A DNA stretch of 64,000 nt from Rickettsiaceae bacterium (lineage in GTDB: Bacteria; Pseudomonadota; Alphaproteobacteria; Rickettsiales; UBA1997), in contig JAJTCH010000002.1 of NCBI GenBank assembly GCA_021323225.1, positions 76,425-140,424 on the forward strand, written 5' to 3'. The notes beneath the pieces were generated by a model. It had not been told where the DNA came from and searched no databases. It saw nothing but the letters and a program-made list of their open reading frames with translations. The position numbers and the translations under genes were made by a program. Shown here in pieces: positions 19,764-29,549 of this stretch (its first letter is position 1; each line of letters starts with the position of its first letter).

Positions 19764-20555
19764 CTATTTGATATAGGAGCCGCTAATAGTTGAGACAATA
19801 AGAAATAAAGCGGCAATAGTGATTATTGATGGGCCGGTTGGGAAATTAAAAGATAGAGCAAAAAACAAGCCAATAATGATGATCAAAACCGCAACTATCA
19901 GAGCTATGAGCAACATCTGCAGCGGGTTTTTGGCAAAATTTCTGGCAATTGCGGCAGGCATAATAATCATCGAGGTGATGAGAAAAATGCCGACAATTTT
20001 TACTAAGCAAGCCACTACCAAAGCTGTTAAAAGCAAAAATTTCAGCTCCAATTTTTCAACCGGAATGCCGGAAATTTTTGCCAAATCAGAATTAATAGTG
20101 GCCAACAATAATTTCTTAAACCAGCAACCAATGGAGATAGAGGTAATAATTGCAACCAGATAAATCAATGCCAGATCTTGGATTTGTAGATTTATCAAAT
20201 CTCCGAATAAATAATCTTCGACGTCAATTTCACTTGGGAAAATGGATAATAATATCATACCCAAGGCCACTAAGGCACAAGATACAATGCCGATTATGCT
20301 ATCAAAAGAATAAAGTCTTTTGCTGTTTAAAATAAAAATTAGGAAGCAGAAAATGATTGAACAGAAAATGATGCCGTAAATTGGCTGAACAGAGATGATG
20401 GTGGCAATGCCGAGACCAAAGATAGCAGAGTGGGAAATGGCATCTCCGAAATAAGCCATTCTTTTCCAAAGCACAAAAACGCCTATAAGCGAGGTGGCAA
20501 TTGCCACTCCAACCCCAGCTAATAAGGCTATTGTCATTGATGGCTCAAAACTCAC
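19764..20555 (-). CDS. znuB: metal (Zn/Mn) ABC transporter permease, ZnuB-like
   Basis: Polytopic membrane protein with the WKRMAYFGDAISHSAIFGLG motif of the ABC-3 family. GTG start at 20555; an alternative ATG lies at 20537. Confidence 0.75.
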   Translation of the reverse strand: MSFEPSMTIALLAGVGVAIATSLIGVFVLWKRMAYFGDAISHSAIFGLGIATIISVQPIYGIIFCSIIFCFLIFILNSKRLYSFDSIIGIVSCALVALGMILLSIFPSEIDVEDYLFGDLINLQIQDLALIYLVAIITSISIGCWFKKLLLATINSDLAKISGIPVEKLELKFLLLTALVVACLVKIVGIFLITSMIIMPAAIARNFAKNPLQMLLIALIVAVLIIIIGLFFALSFNFPTGPSIITIAALFLIVSTISGSYIK

Positions 20556-21720
20556 TGCTTAAGATTTCTTTATAAAATTCAATCGTGGAATCCAACATCT
20601 TTTGGTTGGAGAAATTCTCAGCAATATGTTTAGTGGCATTTTGGCATATCTCCTGCTTTTTAGATTCTTCCATGGAGAGTGCTTGATCAATCTTTTTTGC
20701 TAAATCATCAACATTATTTACATCAACTAGAAAGCCGGTTTTGCCATCAATTATGGTTTCTAGCGAACCGCCAATATTAGTGGCGATAACAATTCTGCCC
20801 ATGGCTCCAGCCTCAATTGCCACTCTACCAAAAGCTTCCGGCCTTGTGCTGGCGGAAATTACTATGTCAGAAACCAAATAGGCGGCAGGCATGTCATTTG
20901 TTTCGCCAACCAACTCGATCTTTCCTTCCAAATTATTTTTTTTGATTTCTGCTTCCAGCTTCTTGGCAAATTTTTCATGACCGCGAAGACTGCCAACCAT
21001 GATGCAAAAAAAGTTGGGATTTTTTACTTTTGCCAGTGCCGCAATTAAAAATTCATGCCCTTTCCAGCCAGTGATTCTGCCTGGCAACATGATAATTTGC
21101 TTATCATCCGGCAGATCCCATTTTTTTATCAATTGTACAACTCTTGTGGTGGGAATTTTGGATTTGGAAAAATAGCCAAGATCAACACCACGATGGATAA
21201 CTTTAATCTGCTTTTCGCCCAAATTGACCTTATGAAAATAATTTCGAGAAATATAATTTTTGATAAATTCAGAAACAGCAATGATGTATTTTGGCTTCAA
21301 CATCACGGAATTATAGAGCAATTTTAGCCGAGAATGTCTCTTACCAAATAAATTGACGGAATAAGGGCCATGAACGGTACTAACCATTTTGCAACCGGTT
21401 TTTTTGCAGGCAAAATATGCCGACCAGGCTGGAGATCTAGAGCGGATATGAACCAGATCAACATTATTTTCGATAATGATATTTTCTAGCTTCTTGATGT
21501 TGGAATAGATCTTGAAGGGATTTTTGCTGGCAAGCGGCAGCGTGATATGCTTTACCTTTGAACTTCGCAATTGACCGGTCATTGGCCCACCACTAGAAAC
21601 CACAATTGACCCAAACCCCGCCAAAGCCACTGCTTTACTAACATCAATAACGCCTCTCTCAACCCCACCACTATTTAGGGCAGGCAGGACTTGCATTATG
21701 ACTTTAGGGTTTTTGTTCAT
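20545..21720 (-). CDS. glycosyltransferase family 4 (GT-B, group 1)
   Basis: N-terminal LNSGGVERGV and the C-terminal EAFGRVAIEAGAMGRIVIATNIGGSLETIIDGKTGFLV (E-x7-E type motif). Confidence 0.8.
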   Translation of the reverse strand: MNKNPKVIMQVLPALNSGGVERGVIDVSKAVALAGFGSIVVSSGGPMTGQLRSSKVKHITLPLASKNPFKIYSNIKKLENIIIENNVDLVHIRSRSPAWSAYFACKKTGCKMVSTVHGPYSVNLFGKRHSRLKLLYNSVMLKPKYIIAVSEFIKNYISRNYFHKVNLGEKQIKVIHRGVDLGYFSKSKIPTTRVVQLIKKWDLPDDKQIIMLPGRITGWKGHEFLIAALAKVKNPNFFCIMVGSLRGHEKFAKKLEAEIKKNNLEGKIELVGETNDMPAAYLVSDIVISASTRPEAFGRVAIEAGAMGRIVIATNIGGSLETIIDGKTGFLVDVNNVDDLAKKIDQALSMEESKKQEICQNATKHIAENFSNQKMLDSTIEFYKEILSSEF

Positions 21721-22997
21721 TAGTTTTTAACGATGATGGTTTCTTCTCTTTTGGCTCCGGTGGAAATTATTTCTACCTTTACGCCGCAAATTTCCTCAAT
21801 TTTTTTAACATAATCTAAGGCTTTTTTAGGCAAATCAGAAAGAGATTTTGCACCGGCGGTTTTGCAGTTCCAACCTTCAATTTCTTCATAAATTGGCTTG
21901 ATCTTAGACTGAAGATCGATTGAAAGTGGGAAGTAATTATATCTCTTGCCGTCAATATCATAGGCGACACAAATCTTGATTTTTTCCAGCTTGTCCAAAA
22001 CATCTAATTTGGTTAAAGCCACTGTTTTTGCTGATGAAAGCAGAATAGATTGACGCACCAAAGCAGCATCAAACCAGCCGCATCTTCTATTTCTACCAGT
22101 TACCGTTCCAACTTCTCCGCCTTCAACACGCAAAAATTCGCCCATTTCATCATCCAACTCAGTTGGGAAAGGACCAGATCCAACGCGAGTTGTATAGGCT
22201 TTTAAAATGCCCAAAGTTTTGTGCAAATCCGCAACGCCCAGACAGCTTCCAGTTGCCACAGCACCGGCAATTGTATTTGACGAAGTAACAAATGGGTAAG
22301 TGCCAAAACTCACATCAAGCAAAGCTCCTTGCGCACCCTCAAACATAATTTCTTGGTTAGTTTGACGCAGTTTATTTGCAATCTCAAAAGACGGACGACT
22401 GAATTTTTTTAAGCCATCTCTAACCGCTTTTAGCTCATCAAAAATTTTGTCAAAATTGATTTCCGGCGCATCAATGCCGCGGCGCAAAATATTGTGATAA
22501 AATAGCAAATCTTCCAACCGAGCTCTAAGAACTTCATCATTGAATAAATCGCAAATTCTAATTGATCTTCTACCAACCCTATCTTCATAGGCCGGGCCAA
22601 TTCCTCTGCCGGTGGTGCCAATTTTTTTGCTGCCCTTTTTTTCTTCCAGATATTGATCCAACTCTTTATGGATGGACAAAATCAAGCAAGTGTTGTCAGC
22701 AATATTGAGGTTATTTTCATCAATCTTGATGCCATTTTTAGAAACTGCCTCAATCTCGTTGAACAAAGCGATTGGATCAAGAACCACGCCACTGCCAATC
22801 ACACAAAATTTGCCGCGCACAATACCTGAAGGTAGAAGGCTAAGCTTATAAGTTTTATCACCAACTTTGATAGTATGGCCGGCATTGTGGCCACCTTGAA
22901 ATCTGACAACAGCAGAAAAATGATCGGATAAAAAATCAACAATCTTGCCCTTGCCTTCGTCACCCCATTGCAGGCCAATTATAGCGGTATTCACCAT
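21720..22997 (-). CDS. purA: adenylosuccinate synthase
   Basis: GLQWGDEGKGKIVD P-loop, GGHNAGHT, TTGRGIGPAYEDR and GTVTGRNRRCGWFD. Confidence 0.95.
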   Translation of the reverse strand: MVNTAIIGLQWGDEGKGKIVDFLSDHFSAVVRFQGGHNAGHTIKVGDKTYKLSLLPSGIVRGKFCVIGSGVVLDPIALFNEIEAVSKNGIKIDENNLNIADNTCLILSIHKELDQYLEEKKGSKKIGTTGRGIGPAYEDRVGRRSIRICDLFNDEVLRARLEDLLFYHNILRRGIDAPEINFDKIFDELKAVRDGLKKFSRPSFEIANKLRQTNQEIMFEGAQGALLDVSFGTYPFVTSSNTIAGAVATGSCLGVADLHKTLGILKAYTTRVGSGPFPTELDDEMGEFLRVEGGEVGTVTGRNRRCGWFDAALVRQSILLSSAKTVALTKLDVLDKLEKIKICVAYDIDGKRYNYFPLSIDLQSKIKPIYEEIEGWNCKTAGAKSLSDLPKKALDYVKKIEEICGVKVEIISTGAKREETIIVKN

Positions 22998-23023
22998 GAT
23001 TTAGATAGAAAATTGAATTAAAA

Positions 23024-23236
23024 CTATGAGTACTGATTTTGCTTGGAGACTTGAAAGTCACCAGAAGGTTTTTTGGTCGTAAAATATTTTTCACAATAAG
23101 GACAAACCACAAAGTCCTTTTCACCCATATTAAGATAGACCAAAGGATGGGTTGAAGTATCAGCAGATTTTTGGGTAACACCACCACTGCAGCTAACTTT
23201 TTTACTATCGACAACGACAACTTCAACCGGCTTCAT
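23024..23236 (-). CDS. zinc-finger (zf-CHCC) domain protein
   Basis: 70 aa with SCSGG...HPLVYLNMGEKDFVVCPYCEKYF, matching the small alphaproteobacterial CHCC zinc-finger protein family related to the NDUFS6 C-terminus. Confidence 0.7.
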   Translation of the reverse strand: MKPVEVVVVDSKKVSCSGGVTQKSADTSTHPLVYLNMGEKDFVVCPYCEKYFTTKKPSGDFQVSKQNQYS

Positions 23237-23315
23237 AAGGAACTCTTGAATTTAGATATTTTGATTGGATAATCTCAGGCTAGAGGCTGTCCCATAATAT
23301 TTTGAAATCCCTTTA

Positions 23316-25181
23316 ATGCAAGCAAGAAAATATCTACGACAACTGGTTTTACCAGCCATTTTTTTATTCCCAATTTTTAATGGTTTTGCCGCTAATACAG
23401 AATTTCAACACGCCGAAAATCAAAAAGCGAAAAGCAGGTTAATTGCCAGCTTTTATCAAGAAAAAGGCCAAGAAAAATTAATTGCCGGTTTTGAAATTGA
23501 AATTGAAAGAGGCTGGAAAGTTTACGCCCCGGACCGCTCTGGCTTTGGCGCTCCTCCATCTTTTAATTTTGCCGGCTCAACCAATATTGATGTAGAAAAA
23601 TTTACGCCACTTTTTCCTGAATCTTATTTAGAAAAAGAACAAATCGGCACTGAAAAAATCGAATATAGCACCTATAAAAACAAAGTTATCATTCCAATTG
23701 AGCTTGAGGTTATTGATTCTAAGCAGGCTGTAAGTTTGGAAGTGGAAGCTAGCTACGGATTATGCAAAGAAATCTGCATTCCGGTTAATCAAAAATTTTC
23801 CCTCACCATTCCTTCACTCGAAAGCGACATAGAAGTTCTAAAAAATATTCAGGATTATCTAGAAAATAAAGAGGTTAACACTCCAGTTGGAGAGGAAGAA
23901 CCAGAACAACAGGTTAAAAATTTCCCTCAGATCAGTCTCTTAAAAGCTCTTATAATCGCCTTTATCGGCGGGGCAATTTTAAATATCATGCCTTGCGTTT
24001 TGCCGGTTTTATCAATCAAGCTACTTAGCGTTATCAGCCATAGCAGAGCAAGAGCAAGCCGCATTCGCTTTGCCTTCCTTTCTACAATTCTTGGTATTGT
24101 TTTCTCTTTCTCAGTCTTTGCTGCGATTGCCGTCTTCCTAAAATCAATAGGCAATGCTGTGGGCTGGGGTTTTCAGTTCCAAAATCCATATTTTCTGCTC
24201 TTTTTGCTATCAATATTGATGATCTTTATCGCCAATTTGCTTGGTCTGTTTGAGTTTAATTTAGGAAGCGATTTAGGATCAGTCCTAAACAATAAAATTG
24301 CTAAAGAAGAAGAGAAAAAAAATGTTTTTATCCCTAATTTTCTCTCCGGTATTTTAGCGGTTTTGCTTGCTACGCCATGCTCCGCACCATTTGTTGGAGT
24401 GGCAATTTCTTTTGCCCTAAGCGCCGATGTTAAAGAAATTTTTTCAATCTTTACCGCCATGTCTTTAGGTCTAGCGCTACCATACATAATTCTCGTCGCC
24501 TTTCCATCGACACTTAAACTCTTACCAAAACCAGGAAATTGGATGGTTCGCGCCAAACAACTAATGGCCGGTTTTTTGGCCGCAACTGCCATTTGGATGG
24601 TTTATATTTTATGTGACAATATCGGCTTTATTGCAGCAATTGCAGCAGCAATTTTGGCGACACTGATTTTGCCGTTCTTTAAAATCACCAGCAGAATTAA
24701 TTTTAGAAAAAATCGCCATCTTAAAATCATTATCGCAGTCACAGCCTTTGCTTTATTAATTGGCGGTATTTTTATCATTCCAAATAAATTATCTTATTTA
24801 GATGAAATGATGACAAAAAAGCAGCAGGAAAATTGGATAAAATTTGACGAAGCAAAAATCCCTGAGCTAGTGGCACAAGGTAAAACTGTAGTGGTCGATA
24901 TAACCGCCGATTGGTGCATTAGCTGCAAAGCCAATAAATTGCTGGTTTTAAACAGCAAAGAAGTTAAGGCTAAATTGAGGGATGAAAACATTATCGCCAT
25001 GCGCGGGGATTTAACCAAGCCAGATCAAATGATTTTTGACTTTATGAAAAAATATCACCGCTACGGTATTCCTTTTAATATCGTTTTTGGCCCGTCAGCT
25101 CCTGAAGGCATTCTAACTTCTGAACTACTCAGCAAAGAAGCATTACTAGCAACCATCAAACAAGCATCTAAAACCAAATAA
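23316..25181 (+). CDS. thiol:disulfide interchange protein, DsbD family (N-terminal periplasmic domain + TM core + thioredoxin)
   Basis: Signal peptide, then a central multi-TM core with NIMPCVLPVLSIK and ATPCSAPF (the two DsbD-beta Cys motifs), then a C-terminal thioredoxin fold with WCISC. Confidence 0.85.
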   Translation: MQARKYLRQLVLPAIFLFPIFNGFAANTEFQHAENQKAKSRLIASFYQEKGQEKLIAGFEIEIERGWKVYAPDRSGFGAPPSFNFAGSTNIDVEKFTPLFPESYLEKEQIGTEKIEYSTYKNKVIIPIELEVIDSKQAVSLEVEASYGLCKEICIPVNQKFSLTIPSLESDIEVLKNIQDYLENKEVNTPVGEEEPEQQVKNFPQISLLKALIIAFIGGAILNIMPCVLPVLSIKLLSVISHSRARASRIRFAFLSTILGIVFSFSVFAAIAVFLKSIGNAVGWGFQFQNPYFLLFLLSILMIFIANLLGLFEFNLGSDLGSVLNNKIAKEEEKKNVFIPNFLSGILAVLLATPCSAPFVGVAISFALSADVKEIFSIFTAMSLGLALPYIILVAFPSTLKLLPKPGNWMVRAKQLMAGFLAATAIWMVYILCDNIGFIAAIAAAILATLILPFFKITSRINFRKNRHLKIIIAVTAFALLIGGIFIIPNKLSYLDEMMTKKQQENWIKFDEAKIPELVAQGKTVVVDITADWCISCKANKLLVLNSKEVKAKLRDENIIAMRGDLTKPDQMIFDFMKKYHRYGIPFNIVFGPSAPEGILTSELLSKEALLATIKQASKTK

Positions 25182-25182
25182 A

Positions 25183-26634
25183 ATGAAAGAGCTGACTAAA
25201 TTAACCCTAAGAAAAACTATCGAAGGCCTAAAAAATAAGGATTTTAAAGCTGTAGAGTTAAACCAATCATATATTGACAATGCCACTAATGGCCGTGGCT
25301 ATAATGCATTCATTACTGAAACTTTTGACTTGACATTAGAAGGCGCAAAAAGAGCCGATGAAAATATCGCTAATGGCAAGGCAAGAGAGTTGGAAGGAAT
25401 TCCAATTGCAGTTAAAGATTTATTCTGTACCAAAAATGTCCGCACCACTTCTGGTTCTAAAATATTGGAAAATTTTATCCCACAATATGAATCAACCGTT
25501 ACCGCAAAATTGTGGGATGCAGGCGCCACAATGATCGGCAAAACCAATATGGATGAATTTGGTATGGGCTCTGCCAATATCAATAGCCATTTTGGCCCGG
25601 TGATCAGCAATCGCAAAAAAAGTAACAGCGATGAAAATTTGGTGCCAGGTGGCTCTTCCGGAGGCTCGGCAGTTGCAGTTGCAGCAGATTTGGCAGTAGC
25701 AGCAACCGGTTCTGACACTGGTGGATCAATTCGCCAACCAGCAAGCTTCACTGGTATTGTCGGAGTTAAACCAACTTATGGCAGATGCTCGAGATATGGC
25801 ATGGTAGCTTATGCTAGCTCTCTTGACCAGGCCGGCATTTTTGCCAAAGATGTTTTTGACGCAGCATTTTTGCTCAAAACAATTTCCGGCTATGATGACA
25901 AAGATTCAACTTCAATGAACCAAGCAGTTCCGGATTTCGCAGGACTGCTAAACAGCAATATCAAAGGCAAAAAAATCGGCATTCCGAAAGAATATAACTC
26001 AAAGCAAATGCCCGAAGAAATTGCCGATTTATGGCAAAAAGGCGCTAAATTACTACAAGAAAATGGTGCTGAAATTATTGATATTTCACTTCCCCACACC
26101 AAATATGCGCCAGCCGTTTACTATATAATCGCTCCAGCAGAATGTTCTTCAAATTTGGCCAGATATGACGGCGTGCGTTATGGCCATAGAACTAAAAAAG
26201 AGAATTTATCTTTGGAAGAAATGTATGAATATACCAGAGCAGAAGGCTTTGGAGAAGAAGTAAAAACCAGAATCATGACTGGAACCTATGTTTTATCAGC
26301 CGGCTATTACGATGCCTATTATAAAAAAGCCCAGCAAGTGCGAAACCTGATTTTGCAAGATTTTAAAAATGCCTTCAGACAAGTTGATGCAATATTGGCA
26401 CCGGTTGCTCCAAGCGCCGCTTTTTCACTAGATCAGGCTAAAACCATAAAAGATCCGGTTACAATGTATCTAAATGACGTCTTCACAATCCCAGCCAGCC
26501 TGGCTGGAATGCCGGCAATTTCAGTTCCTGCGGGTACAACAAAAGAAAAATTGCCACTTGGACTACAAATCATCGGCAATCACTTCGAAGAGCAAACTAT
26601 TTTCAACATAGCTCTCAATCTGGAAGGAAAATAA
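25183..26634 (+). CDS. gatA: Asp-tRNA(Asn)/Glu-tRNA(Gln) amidotransferase subunit A
   Basis: Amidase signature GGSSGGSAVAVAADLAVAATGSDTGGSIRQPA. 483 aa. Confidence 0.95.
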   Translation: MKELTKLTLRKTIEGLKNKDFKAVELNQSYIDNATNGRGYNAFITETFDLTLEGAKRADENIANGKARELEGIPIAVKDLFCTKNVRTTSGSKILENFIPQYESTVTAKLWDAGATMIGKTNMDEFGMGSANINSHFGPVISNRKKSNSDENLVPGGSSGGSAVAVAADLAVAATGSDTGGSIRQPASFTGIVGVKPTYGRCSRYGMVAYASSLDQAGIFAKDVFDAAFLLKTISGYDDKDSTSMNQAVPDFAGLLNSNIKGKKIGIPKEYNSKQMPEEIADLWQKGAKLLQENGAEIIDISLPHTKYAPAVYYIIAPAECSSNLARYDGVRYGHRTKKENLSLEEMYEYTRAEGFGEEVKTRIMTGTYVLSAGYYDAYYKKAQQVRNLILQDFKNAFRQVDAILAPVAPSAAFSLDQAKTIKDPVTMYLNDVFTIPASLAGMPAISVPAGTTKEKLPLGLQIIGNHFEEQTIFNIALNLEGK

Positions 26635-26680
26635 CTGGATTTAATTTGGGATTTTAAAGAGAAGGGTTTAATCGGAGGGT

Positions 26681-26712
26681 TAAAGACGCGAACTTGTCGC
26701 GTCTTTAATTTT
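26681..26712. terminator. bidirectional terminator (gatA / cspA)
   Basis: taaagacgcga-acttg-tcgcgtcttta hairpin with about an 11-bp stem, followed by a T-run, between convergent genes. Confidence 0.8.
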
Positions 26713-26717
26713 AGATA

Positions 26718-26921
26718 TTAAGCCAATTTAAGATTGCCAGCAGCTTTTCTGCCTTTGTTATCTTCGGCATCGTAGCTCACTCTTTGGCCTTCATCCAAGC
26801 CTTTAAGGCCAGCTTGCTGAACGGCAGAAATGTGAACGAAAATATCGGCACCACCATCATCTGGTTTAATAAAACCATATCCTTTAGTACCATTAAACCA
26901 CTTAACTGTTCCAGTTGCCAT
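26718..26921 (-). CDS. cspA: cold-shock protein CspA family
   Basis: [34 protein letters not shown] with the RNP1/RNP2 motifs. True ATG at 26919-26921; the 106-aa ORF-track version is an upstream read-through of the leader. Confidence 0.95.
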   Translation of the reverse strand: MATGTVKWFNGTKGYGFIKPDDGGADIFVHISAVQQAGLKGLDEGQRVSYDAEDNKGRKAAGNLKLA

Positions 26922-27036
26922 AAATAAATAAAAAATAAAAAAATTAAATAAAAAAAACTTTTCAGTCTTGCGACTGAAAATTTGTTTTTCACTGGCCAGT
27001 CTTGCGAAGAACCAGCAAAAATCAAACTCGGGGGCC

Positions 27037-27065
27037 ATTTAGCAATATCGAACTCAGGTTGTCAA
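27037..27065 (-). promoter_or_regulatory. sigma70-like promoter of cspA (-35 TTGACA, 17-nt spacer, -10 CTAAAT) followed by a ~110-nt structured leader
   Basis: Read on the minus strand: TTGACA (27060-27065), a 17-nt spacer, then CTAAAT (27037-27042). The downstream leader contains the box tcgcaagactg twice and a 9-bp hairpin ttttcagtc-gcaa-gactgaaaa. Confidence 0.5.
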
Positions 27066-27072
27066 TTATAAA

Positions 27073-28182
27073 TTAGCTTAATTCTAAAAATGTTGTTTTG
27101 ACCTTGTCAAAATGATACAACTCTGAAAAAAACTCCTTATTTGTGGCAGTTAAAAAGCTTTGGCAATCTAACTTAAAAATCTCTTGCATCAACTCCTTTC
27201 GCCTTTGGTCATCAAGATGAGAAACAATTTCATCCAGCAGCAAAATCGCCATTGGTAAATTAAGCATGGAAAATAAACGAACTCTGGCAAAAGTTATGGC
27301 AATCAAAATTGATTTTTGCTCTCCGGTCGAACAGAATTTTGCTTCAATATTTTTGCCTAAATAAATAGCGGTTAAGTCACTTCTGTGAACTCCAAAAAAA
27401 GTGCGGTTTGCCTTGGCATCTAAAGGACGGTTCTCTTTTAATTTCTGGACAAATTTTTCCTCCACCTCAATTGCTTTATAGTTTTGCACCCATTCCTCAG
27501 CCTCACCAATAATCTTAATTTCAGATTTGGCAAAATTATTTTCTCCAAGCAAAATCGCTCGGTTTAAATAATTTACTGTCTCATTTCTAGCGCTGGCAAT
27601 TGCAGTGCCCAGCTCGGCAATTTTCCTCTCAATAATATCTACCCAATTTTCCTTATTGCCAAAACGGTTTAGCAAACTAATTCTTTCTCTCACTGCATGG
27701 TTATAGGCATTAAGCCTACTGTTGTGCCCGGCATCAATATCAGTAACAATTTTATCAAGAAATTTGCGCCGGATGGTTTTGGAAGAACAAAACAAATTAT
27801 CCATTTGAGGAGTAAGCCAGATAAAAGCCGGCAGGAGCTTAGAAGAGGAATTGGAAGCTAAAGATCGGTGATTAATATTAAAAATCCTTTTGCCTTCACT
27901 TTTGTTATAAGAAGTGCCGATATTTTCAATATCAGGATGATTTTCAAAGCCACCATAAATAACAAATTCATTCGCAACATCGCTATTGTTAATCATCTCA
28001 TCAAATTCTGCACCCTTAATGCCATTTCCTTTATTCAAAAGGCTTATTGCTTCTAAGATATTAGTCTTTCCGATACCGTTTTTGCCGGAAATTGCAGTGA
28101 TTTTGGTATTAAACTCGAAATCTTTGGAGGTGTAATTACGAAAATTACTGAGCTTGAGAAGAGATAAAGAAGTAAATGACAC
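27073..28182 (-). CDS. recF: DNA replication and repair protein RecF
   Basis: LSNFRNY...ISGKNGIGKTNILEAI Walker A, the STGEQK signature and LLLDEI Walker B. GTG start. Confidence 0.9.
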   Translation of the reverse strand: MSFTSLSLLKLSNFRNYTSKDFEFNTKITAISGKNGIGKTNILEAISLLNKGNGIKGAEFDEMINNSDVANEFVIYGGFENHPDIENIGTSYNKSEGKRIFNINHRSLASNSSSKLLPAFIWLTPQMDNLFCSSKTIRRKFLDKIVTDIDAGHNSRLNAYNHAVRERISLLNRFGNKENWVDIIERKIAELGTAIASARNETVNYLNRAILLGENNFAKSEIKIIGEAEEWVQNYKAIEVEEKFVQKLKENRPLDAKANRTFFGVHRSDLTAIYLGKNIEAKFCSTGEQKSILIAITFARVRLFSMLNLPMAILLLDEIVSHLDDQRRKELMQEIFKLDCQSFLTATNKEFFSELYHFDKVKTTFLELS

Positions 28183-28192
28183 TTTTATTTAG

Positions 28193-29305
28193 TTAAACTC
28201 TAATTGGCATGATCACATATAGACCATCATTATCACCGGCATTGATCAATGCAGGAGATGCACCATCTTTGAAATTTATGCTGATTTTTTCTTTAGCAAC
28301 CTGCCCTAGAATCTCCAAGAAATAGCGGGAATTAAAGCCGGTTTCAATAGTTTCACCTTGATAATCTACTTCAATTTCTTCACTGGCATTGCCGTTATCA
28401 TTGCTTTTGATTTGCAGACTGATCTTGTTATTTTCTAAAATCAATTTAACTGATTTGTTTTTATCGGTAGCAATTGTAGAAACTCGATCCACGGCATCAA
28501 AAATTATTTTTCTATCTACCTTTACAATCTTGTCATTATTTTTTGGTATAACCCGATCATATTCTGGAAATTCACCATCAATTAATTTGGAAATGATTAC
28601 TGAATTACTAGAAGTGACACGAATTTTTGCCTTGGAAAAAGCAATTGCCACATCTTCATTGCCTTCAATAATTTTTCTGATTTCATTAATGGTTTTTTTA
28701 GGAATGATTACACCAGCAATTTCTGAGGTCAAACTAGAATGGGTTGAAGAAGCAAGAGCCAAACGGTGCCCATCAGTAGCAATTCCTCTAAGCTCAACAC
28801 CATTGCCGGCAACAACACTGTGCAAGAACATGCCATTGAGATAAAATCTGGTTTCATCAGATGGAATAGCAAATCTGGTCTTATCAATAATTTTGATTAG
28901 CTCACTGCTTTTGATATTGAAATTAACCGACATCTCACCTTCAGACAAAACTGGAAATTCAGACGGATCAAGACAAGGAAGAGAAAATTTTGATCTACCA
29001 TAATTAATTTTAACCACACCCTCATCTTCATACAAAGCGATACTGATATCAGCCATATCAGGAATTTTTCTGATAATGTCATAAAATAATTGTGCCGGAA
29101 CGGTGGTTCCACCTTCTTTGGTGATTAAGGCCTCAGCACTAGAAACCATAACAATATCCATATCAGTCGCGGTCAAATTTAGGCGACCATTTTTAGCTTC
29201 AATCTTAACATTCAGCAAAACCGGAATTGTATTGCGTTTTTCAACCGCACCATTGACATTAGAAAGTGCTTTTAAAATTGAAGATTTGCTGATTTGAAAC
29301 TGCAT
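28193..29305 (-). CDS. dnaN: DNA polymerase III subunit beta (sliding clamp)
   Basis: 370 aa, MQFQISKSSILKALSNVNGAVEKRNTIPVLLNVKIEA..., three-domain clamp pattern with C-terminal YVIMPIRV. Confidence 0.95.
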   Translation of the reverse strand: MQFQISKSSILKALSNVNGAVEKRNTIPVLLNVKIEAKNGRLNLTATDMDIVMVSSAEALITKEGGTTVPAQLFYDIIRKIPDMADISIALYEDEGVVKINYGRSKFSLPCLDPSEFPVLSEGEMSVNFNIKSSELIKIIDKTRFAIPSDETRFYLNGMFLHSVVAGNGVELRGIATDGHRLALASSTHSSLTSEIAGVIIPKKTINEIRKIIEGNEDVAIAFSKAKIRVTSSNSVIISKLIDGEFPEYDRVIPKNNDKIVKVDRKIIFDAVDRVSTIATDKNKSVKLILENNKISLQIKSNDNGNASEEIEVDYQGETIETGFNSRYFLEILGQVAKEKISINFKDGASPALINAGDNDGLYVIMPIRV

Positions 29306-29549
29306 TGTTTGAGGGATTTAATTGAGAATTTGCCTTAACAAATAAGGACGCGAGTAAATCGCAGTTTTTTAATTAAATCAATAGATTTTAAATCTGTAGC
29401 CAAAGAGCAACCAATCTATAATCAAGACATGTAACAAATAAATTCTACCAACAGGGTAATTTATTCTTGCAATAAAGTTTTTATTATTCAAAATTCCGCA
29501 ATTCGCTTTTGCGCTTTATCAATCTTTCAACATCCTTACGCAATACATT

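Noticed and set aside
26922-27038. N-terminal 39-aa extension of the cspA ORF and the overlapping 26777..27025 ORF
   Set aside because: The extension runs through the A/T-rich leader. The canonical Csp N-terminus [10 protein letters not shown] starts at the internal ATG (26921).
29306-29549. Possible replication origin upstream of dnaN
   Set aside because: I found no TTATCCACA-type DnaA boxes or AT-rich 13-mer array by eye, and dnaA is not adjacent. In alphaproteobacteria oriC is usually not next to dnaN.
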